A DNA stretch of 64,000 bases, taken from Candidatus Aminicenantes bacterium. Its GTDB lineage: Bacteria; Acidobacteriota; Aminicenantia; Aminicenantales; JAFGBC01. This document shows, in pieces, positions 58,721-64,000 of the stretch (within the stretch, counting starts at the first letter, position 1; every line of letters begins with the position of its first letter). The stretch covers positions 2,176,001 to 2,240,000 of the forward strand of contig OY969696.1 in the NCBI GenBank assembly GCA_963702005.1. The letters are read 5' to 3'. The notes beneath the pieces were generated by a model, which made no database searches, was not told the origin of the DNA, and saw only the letters and a list, made by a program, of their open reading frames with translations. The position numbers and the translations under genes were made by a program.

Positions 58721-60095
58721 GCGGAGAAAGATCCTCGTCGTCGGGCTCGATTGCGCGACTCCCGAAATCGTCTTCGGCCGGAGCGGGGAACTCCCCGTCC
58801 TCAAGCGGCTGATCGAAGCCGGAGTCCACGGAACTCTGCGCAGCTCGGACCCACCGATCACGATCCCGGCTTGGATGGTCATGGCGACCGGGAAGGACCC
58901 GGGCCGGCTCGGCCTCTATGGGTTCCGGCATCGCAGGGGATCTTCTTACGACAAGATGTGGATCGCCAATTCCCTGGCCGTTAAGGAAAAGACCGTTTGG
59001 GACATCCTGGGCGACCAGGGCGGGCAGAGCACACTCGTCAGCATCCCGCCCAGCTTCCCGCCCAAGCCGGTCGCCGGGAACCTCATTTCCTGCTTCATCA
59101 CGCCGCCCGCCAAGTCCAAGGAGTCGACCTACCCGGCCTCCCTGTACCAGGAGATCGAGGACCGCTTCGGGCCCTACCTGTTCGACGTCGTCTTCCGGAC
59201 CGAGAACCGGGACCAGATCCTGGCCGAGATCTACAAGATGACCGACAAGCGGTTCGAGATCATGGAGTACCTCCTCGAGACCAAGCCCTGGAACCTGTTC
59301 TGGTTCGTCGAGATCGGCGTCGACCGCGTCCACCACGCCTTCTGGAAATACGCGGACCCCGCCCACCATCTCTACGAGCCGGGCAACCGCTACCAAAACG
59401 TCATTATCGATTACTACAAGCACCTCGACCAGAAGCTCGGCCGCTTTCTGGAAAAGGCGGGCAAGGACACCGTCGTCCTGGTCGTCTCCGACCACGGCGC
59501 CAAACGGATGAAAGGCTGCTTCTGCGTCAACGAATGGCTCATCGAGCAGGGCGACCTGGTCGTCAAGGAAAAACCGGATAAGGTCGTCAGCATCGACGAC
59601 CTTAAAATCGACTGGGCCAAGACCCGGGCTTGGGGCTGGGGCGGCTATTACGCGCGTCTCTTCCTCAACGTGGAGGGGCGCGAGCCGCAGGGTATCATCC
59701 CGGCCGAGGATTACGAGAAGGTCCGCGACGAATTCAAGGCGCGCTTGCTGGCCCTGCGCGGCCCGAACGGCGAGGAATGGAAGACAAAGGTCATCAAACC
59801 CCAGGAATATTACGAAGAAGCCAACGGCGAATACCCGGACCTCATGGTCTATTTCGACGACCTGTACTGGCGGTCGGCCGGGACCCTCGGCTACGGAACC
59901 CTCTTCCTCCCCGAAAACGACACCGGGCCCGACGACGCCGTTCACGCCCAGGAGGGGATCTATATCCTCTGCGATCCCCGCTCCAAGGCCGGAGGCCGGA
60001 AGGACGGTTCCATCCTCGACATCGCTCCGACGATTCTGACGTCCCTGGGGATTCCGGTACCCAAAGACATGAAGGGCCGAGCCCTCGGATCATAA
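58713..60095 (+). CDS. Alkaline phosphatase superfamily protein (type I phosphodiesterase/nucleotide pyrophosphatase-like)
   Basis: GLDCA, PPITIPAW, TGKDPG, DRVHH, SDHG, DIAPTIL. Confidence 0.88.
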   Translation: MTERRKILVVGLDCATPEIVFGRSGELPVLKRLIEAGVHGTLRSSDPPITIPAWMVMATGKDPGRLGLYGFRHRRGSSYDKMWIANSLAVKEKTVWDILGDQGGQSTLVSIPPSFPPKPVAGNLISCFITPPAKSKESTYPASLYQEIEDRFGPYLFDVVFRTENRDQILAEIYKMTDKRFEIMEYLLETKPWNLFWFVEIGVDRVHHAFWKYADPAHHLYEPGNRYQNVIIDYYKHLDQKLGRFLEKAGKDTVVLVVSDHGAKRMKGCFCVNEWLIEQGDLVVKEKPDKVVSIDDLKIDWAKTRAWGWGGYYARLFLNVEGREPQGIIPAEDYEKVRDEFKARLLALRGPNGEEWKTKVIKPQEYYEEANGEYPDLMVYFDDLYWRSAGTLGYGTLFLPENDTGPDDAVHAQEGIYILCDPRSKAGGRKDGSILDIAPTILTSLGIPVPKDMKGRALGS

Positions 60096-60131
60096 ACAGA
60101 CTTCGAACAACACGAAAGGAGTGCCGTTGCG

Positions 60132-60677
60132 ATGAGTAAGACCTGCTGCCCCGACCGTAAAGGAGTCACCCTCTGGTTCACTGGGCTGCCCTGCTCGGGA
60201 AAGTCGGCCGTCGCCGACCGCGTCGCGGACATCCTCAAGAGCAAGGGATTATACGCGGAGCGCCTGGACGGAGATAACGTCCGCCAGGAGCTGACCCGGG
60301 ACCTTGGTTTCTCCAAGAAAGACCGGGATGAGAACATCCGCCGGGTCAGCTTCGTGGCCAAACTGCTGACCCGGAACGGCGTCTTCGTCCTGACCTCATT
60401 CATCTCGCCCTACAAAGAGATGAGGGCCCACGCCCGGACCCAGATCGGAAGCTTCCTCGAGGTCTACGTCAAGTGCCCGGTCGACGTCTGTATCGAGCGC
60501 GACGTCAAGGGCATGTACAAGAAGGCGATGAGGGGCGAGATCAAGGAATTCACCGGCGTTTCCGACCCCTACGAAGAGCCCGAGAAGCCCGAGCTCGTCC
60601 TGGAAACGGACAAGGAAACGCTCGAGGAGAGCGCCGGGAGGGTTTTGGCCAAGCTCGAGCAACTCGGCTTTATTTAA
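60132..60677 (+). CDS. cysC: Adenylyl-sulfate kinase
   Basis: WFTGLPCSGKS, LDGD, ENIRR, FTGVSDPYE. Confidence 0.96.
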   Translation: MSKTCCPDRKGVTLWFTGLPCSGKSAVADRVADILKSKGLYAERLDGDNVRQELTRDLGFSKKDRDENIRRVSFVAKLLTRNGVFVLTSFISPYKEMRAHARTQIGSFLEVYVKCPVDVCIERDVKGMYKKAMRGEIKEFTGVSDPYEEPEKPELVLETDKETLEESAGRVLAKLEQLGFI

Positions 60678-60704
60678 TGATAAGATTTGGAATAAGATGA
60701 GAAT

Positions 60705-61661
60705 ATGACGGCGTACCTGGTGACGGGGGGAGCGGGCTTCATCGGAAGCCACCTGGTCGAGGAGCTCCTGCGGCGCAACGCCCGGGTCCGGGTCCTCGAT
60801 AATTTCCTGACGGGACGCAAGGAGAACCTTGCGGAATTCCGCAAAGACGTCGAGGTCGTCAAGGGCGACATCCGCGAGCCGTCCGCCTGCCGCCGGGCCC
60901 TCCGCGGCGTGGACCACGTCCTCCACCAGGCGGCGCTGCCTTCGGTCCCCCGCTCGGTCCAGGACCCCCGCCTGACCAACGACATCAACATCACCGGGAC
61001 CCTCAACATGCTCGTGGCGGCCCGGGACGCCGGCGTCCGGAGCTTCGTATTCGCCTCGTCCTCGTCCGTCTACGGGGACGACCCGAACCTGCCCAAGCGG
61101 GAAGGGAGCGAGGGCAAACCCCTGTCTCCCTACGCCGTCTCGAAGCTTGTCGGCGAGAAGTACTGCCGGGTCTTCCGGGATCTCTACGGTCTCAACGCGG
61201 TCGCACTCCGCTATTTCAACATCTTCGGCGCCCGCCAGGACCCGACTTCCCAGTACGCGGCGGTCGTCCCCAATTTCATCACCCGGCTCCTGCGCGGGGA
61301 GCGTCCGATCATCTACGGAGACGGCGAACAGTCGCGGGATTTCACCTATGTCGCCAACGTCGTCGAGGCCAACCTGCTGGCGGCCGCGGCGTCCGGAGTC
61401 GGCGGCGAGGTTTTCAACATCGCCTGCGCGGACCGGATCACGATCAACGGCCTGGCCAGGACGCTCAACGCGATCCTGGGGACCGGCCTTCCCTCCCTCC
61501 ATGAGCCGGCCCGGCCGGGCGACATCCTCCACTCGTTCGCCGACATCGCCAAGGCCGAGGCCGGACTGTCCTATCGGCCCTCGGTGGCCTTCGAGGACGG
61601 TCTGCGGCGGACCGTCGACTGGTATCGATCAAGGAGTTCGACATGGGGCAAGAAGCGCTGA
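60705..61661 (+). CDS. NAD-dependent nucleotide-sugar epimerase (UDP-GlcNAc 4-epimerase-like)
   Basis: GGAGFIG, HQAALPSVPRS, PYAVSK, RYFN. Confidence 0.9.
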   Translation: MTAYLVTGGAGFIGSHLVEELLRRNARVRVLDNFLTGRKENLAEFRKDVEVVKGDIREPSACRRALRGVDHVLHQAALPSVPRSVQDPRLTNDINITGTLNMLVAARDAGVRSFVFASSSSVYGDDPNLPKREGSEGKPLSPYAVSKLVGEKYCRVFRDLYGLNAVALRYFNIFGARQDPTSQYAAVVPNFITRLLRGERPIIYGDGEQSRDFTYVANVVEANLLAAAASGVGGEVFNIACADRITINGLARTLNAILGTGLPSLHEPARPGDILHSFADIAKAEAGLSYRPSVAFEDGLRRTVDWYRSRSSTWGKKR

Positions 61662-62962
61662 GGCTGGAGAAAAAGATCCGGGCCAAGCGGGCCCGGGTCG
61701 GCGTCATCGGCCTGGGCTACGTCGGGCTTCCGCTGGTCCAGACGTTTCTGTCCCGGGGCTTCCGGGTCATCGGTTTCGATATCGACCCCAAGAAGGTCCG
61801 CCTGCTCAACGCGGGCCGGAGCTACATCCGTCACATCTCGGCGGCCGAGCTCAAGGTCTTCCTCAAGTCGAGGATGTTCGCGGCCACGACCGATTTCCGG
61901 CGCCTCCGCGCGGCGGACGCCGTCATCATCTGCGTCCCCACTCCGCTCGACGCCCACCGCAACCCGGACCTGTCCTTCGTCCTGGACACGACCCGGGTCA
62001 TCGCCGCCAACCTGCGCCGGGGCCAGCTCGTCGTCCTGGAGAGCACGACCTATCCCGGGACGACGGACGAGGAGATGCTCCCGCTCCTCGAGGCGACCGG
62101 CCTGCGGGTCGGCCGGGACTTTTTCCTGGCCTTTTCGCCCGAACGGGAAAATCCGGGAGACAAGGTCTATTCGACGGCGACGACGCCCAAGGTCGTCGGC
62201 GGCGTGACCCGGGACTGCCTCCGGGTCGCCAAGGCCCTCTACGACCAGGTCATCGTCAAGACGGTCCCCGTCTCGTCGACGCGCGTCGCCGAAGCCTCCA
62301 AGCTCCTCGAGAACATCTTCCGTTCCGTCAACATCGCCCTGGTCAACGAGCTCAAGATGATCTTCGAGCGGATGGGAATCGACGTCTGGGAGGTCATCGC
62401 GGCCGCCTCCTCCAAGCCGTTCGGCTTCATGCCCTTCTACCCCGGGCCGGGCTACGGAGGTCACTGCATCCCGATCGATCCCTTCTACCTGAGCTGGAAG
62501 GCCAAGGAGTTCGACTACACGACGAAGTTCATCGAGCTGGCCGGCGAGATCAACACGGCCATGCCCTATTACGTGGTCGCCAAGACCGTCGATGCTCTCA
62601 GCCGGCGCGGGATCACGATCAAGGGCGCCCGGATCCTCGTCCTGGGCGTCGCCTATAAAAAGGACATCGACGACCAGAGGGAATCCCCCTCCCTCAAGAT
62701 CATCAGCCTCCTTCAGGAACGGGGCGCCCGGGTCGCCTACCACGATCCTTATATCCCCAGGTCGCGCGGCCATCGCGAGTACCCCGGCCTCGACCTCCGA
62801 TCCGTCCCGCTCAGCGCGGCCCGGCTCAGGGGGGCCGATGCCGTCATCATCGCGACCGGCCATACCGTCCTGGATTACGAGCGGATCGCCCGCCAGGCCC
62901 GCCTCGTCGTCGACGCCCGGAACGCCGTCAAGAAACGGTTCAAGAACGTCATCAAGGCCTGA
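61643..62962 (+). CDS. UDP-N-acetylglucosamine 6-dehydrogenase-like nucleotide-sugar dehydrogenase
   Basis: GLGYVG, CVPTP, ESTTYPGT, FSPER, GGHCIPID. Confidence 0.9.
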   Translation: MGQEALRLEKKIRAKRARVGVIGLGYVGLPLVQTFLSRGFRVIGFDIDPKKVRLLNAGRSYIRHISAAELKVFLKSRMFAATTDFRRLRAADAVIICVPTPLDAHRNPDLSFVLDTTRVIAANLRRGQLVVLESTTYPGTTDEEMLPLLEATGLRVGRDFFLAFSPERENPGDKVYSTATTPKVVGGVTRDCLRVAKALYDQVIVKTVPVSSTRVAEASKLLENIFRSVNIALVNELKMIFERMGIDVWEVIAAASSKPFGFMPFYPGPGYGGHCIPIDPFYLSWKAKEFDYTTKFIELAGEINTAMPYYVVAKTVDALSRRGITIKGARILVLGVAYKKDIDDQRESPSLKIISLLQERGARVAYHDPYIPRSRGHREYPGLDLRSVPLSAARLRGADAVIIATGHTVLDYERIARQARLVVDARNAVKKRFKNVIKA

Positions 62963-62998
62963 GGGCCGCCGCCCCGGGCGGCCGCCAAGGAGACGCGC

Positions 62999-64000
62999 AT
63001 GAAGATCGCCGTTGTCGGAACGGGCTACGTCGGCCTGGTCACGGCTACTTGCCTGGCCGAGCTGGGCCACGCCGTCATCGGGACGGACAAGGACGAAGCG
63101 AAGATCCGGACCATCCTCTCCGGGCGGGCGCCCTTCTATGAGCCGGGCCTGGACGACCTCCTGGCCTCGAACCTCGCCAAGGGCCATCTCCGCTTCAGCT
63201 CCGACCAGACGGAAGCCATCCGGGCCGCCGAGGTCATCTTCGTCTGCGTCGGGACGCCTCCCCAGGAGGACGGGAGCGCCGACATGTCCCAGATCGAAGA
63301 GGTCGCCCGGATGATCGCCGAGAACCTCAACGGCTACAAGCTGGTCGTCGAGAAGAGCACGGTCCCGGTCAAGACCTCCTACTGGATCAAGCGGGTCATG
63401 ACTTCGTTCAAGAAAAGCGAGCACCCCTTCGACGTCGCCTCGAACCCCGAGTTTCTCCGTGAGGGCTCCGGCGTCGGCGACTTCATGAATCCGGACCGGG
63501 TCATCATCGGCGTCGAGACCGAACGGGCCCGGGATCTGTTGGCCCGGATCTATGAGCGCTTCAGGGACCGGATCGTCATCACCAACATCGACACGGCCGA
63601 GCTCGTCAAGCACGCCTCGAACTCGTTCCTGGCCCTCAAGATCTCGTTCATCAACATGATCGCCGACCTCTGCGAGCGGACCGACGCCGACGTCGAGATG
63701 GTCGCCCGGGGCATGGGGCTCGACCCGCGGATCGGCAAGTCCTTCCTGAAGGCCGGCCTCGGCTACGGAGGATCCTGCTTTCCCAAGGACGTCAAGGCCC
63801 TGGCCAGGATCGGGGCCGAGCTCGGCGTCGAAATGACCTTGCTCCGGGACGTCGACGCCGTCAACGACGACCGGGTCCGCGTCTTCATGGACAAGGTCCG
63901 CCGCGCGCTCTGGATCCTCAAGGGCAAGACGGTCGGAATCCTGGGCCTCGCCTTCAAGCCCGAGACGGACGACATCCGCGAGGCGCCCAGCATCAAGATC
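62999..64000 (+). CDS. ugd: UDP-glucose 6-dehydrogenase (partial, runs off window)
   Basis: MKIAVVGTGYVG, KSTVPV, SNPEFLREG, GYGGSCFPKD. Confidence 0.9.
   Translation, partial: MKIAVVGTGYVGLVTATCLAELGHAVIGTDKDEAKIRTILSGRAPFYEPGLDDLLASNLAKGHLRFSSDQTEAIRAAEVIFVCVGTPPQEDGSADMSQIEEVARMIAENLNGYKLVVEKSTVPVKTSYWIKRVMTSFKKSEHPFDVASNPEFLREGSGVGDFMNPDRVIIGVETERARDLLARIYERFRDRIVITNIDTAELVKHASNSFLALKISFINMIADLCERTDADVEMVARGMGLDPRIGKSFLKAGLGYGGSCFPKDVKALARIGAELGVEMTLLRDVDAVNDDRVRVFMDKVRRALWILKGKTVGILGLAFKPETDDIREAPSIKI

Noticed and set aside
61571-63613. Long antisense ORFs (this 680-aa one; also 13928-15526, 29715-31298, 36998-38554)
   Set aside because: Shadow frames opposite well-supported genes in GC-rich DNA, with no motifs

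Overview
GC-rich bacterial chromosome segment; gene content (TonB fusions, Ser/Thr kinase with PD40 propellers, ZAS anti-sigma) suggests Aminicenantia/Acidobacteriota, which is inference only. Left to right: a TPR/ECF sigma/anti-sigma/triple-TonB operon; a long minus-strand run of redox and catabolic genes with an embedded radical SAM-GMC oxidoreductase module; corrinoid protein, frameshifted EamA gene, C69 dipeptidase, SSS transporter, rlmN; a glycosidase/UroD/Gfo operon; a receiver-TonB fusion; a ~10 kb accessory array at tRNA-His(GTG); the phoH-HD-ybeY-hlyC-era operon; an accessory glycosidase-like gene; and a sulfate-activation plus nucleotide-sugar operon running off the window. The most striking structure is 38802-48928. 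Downstream of the intact tRNA-His are four co-oriented tRNA 3' fragments (His, Arg-CCG, an Arg/Gln chimera, His) that divide the region into units of 4945, 1789, 594 and 2721 bp. Each unit carries 1-2 cargo genes, most with their own promoter. Two fragments have homologous ~125 bp arms with paired TGTCACA repeats. Only a ~40-codon integrase remnant survives, so this looks like an integrase-less cassette array delimited by tRNA-derived att sites.
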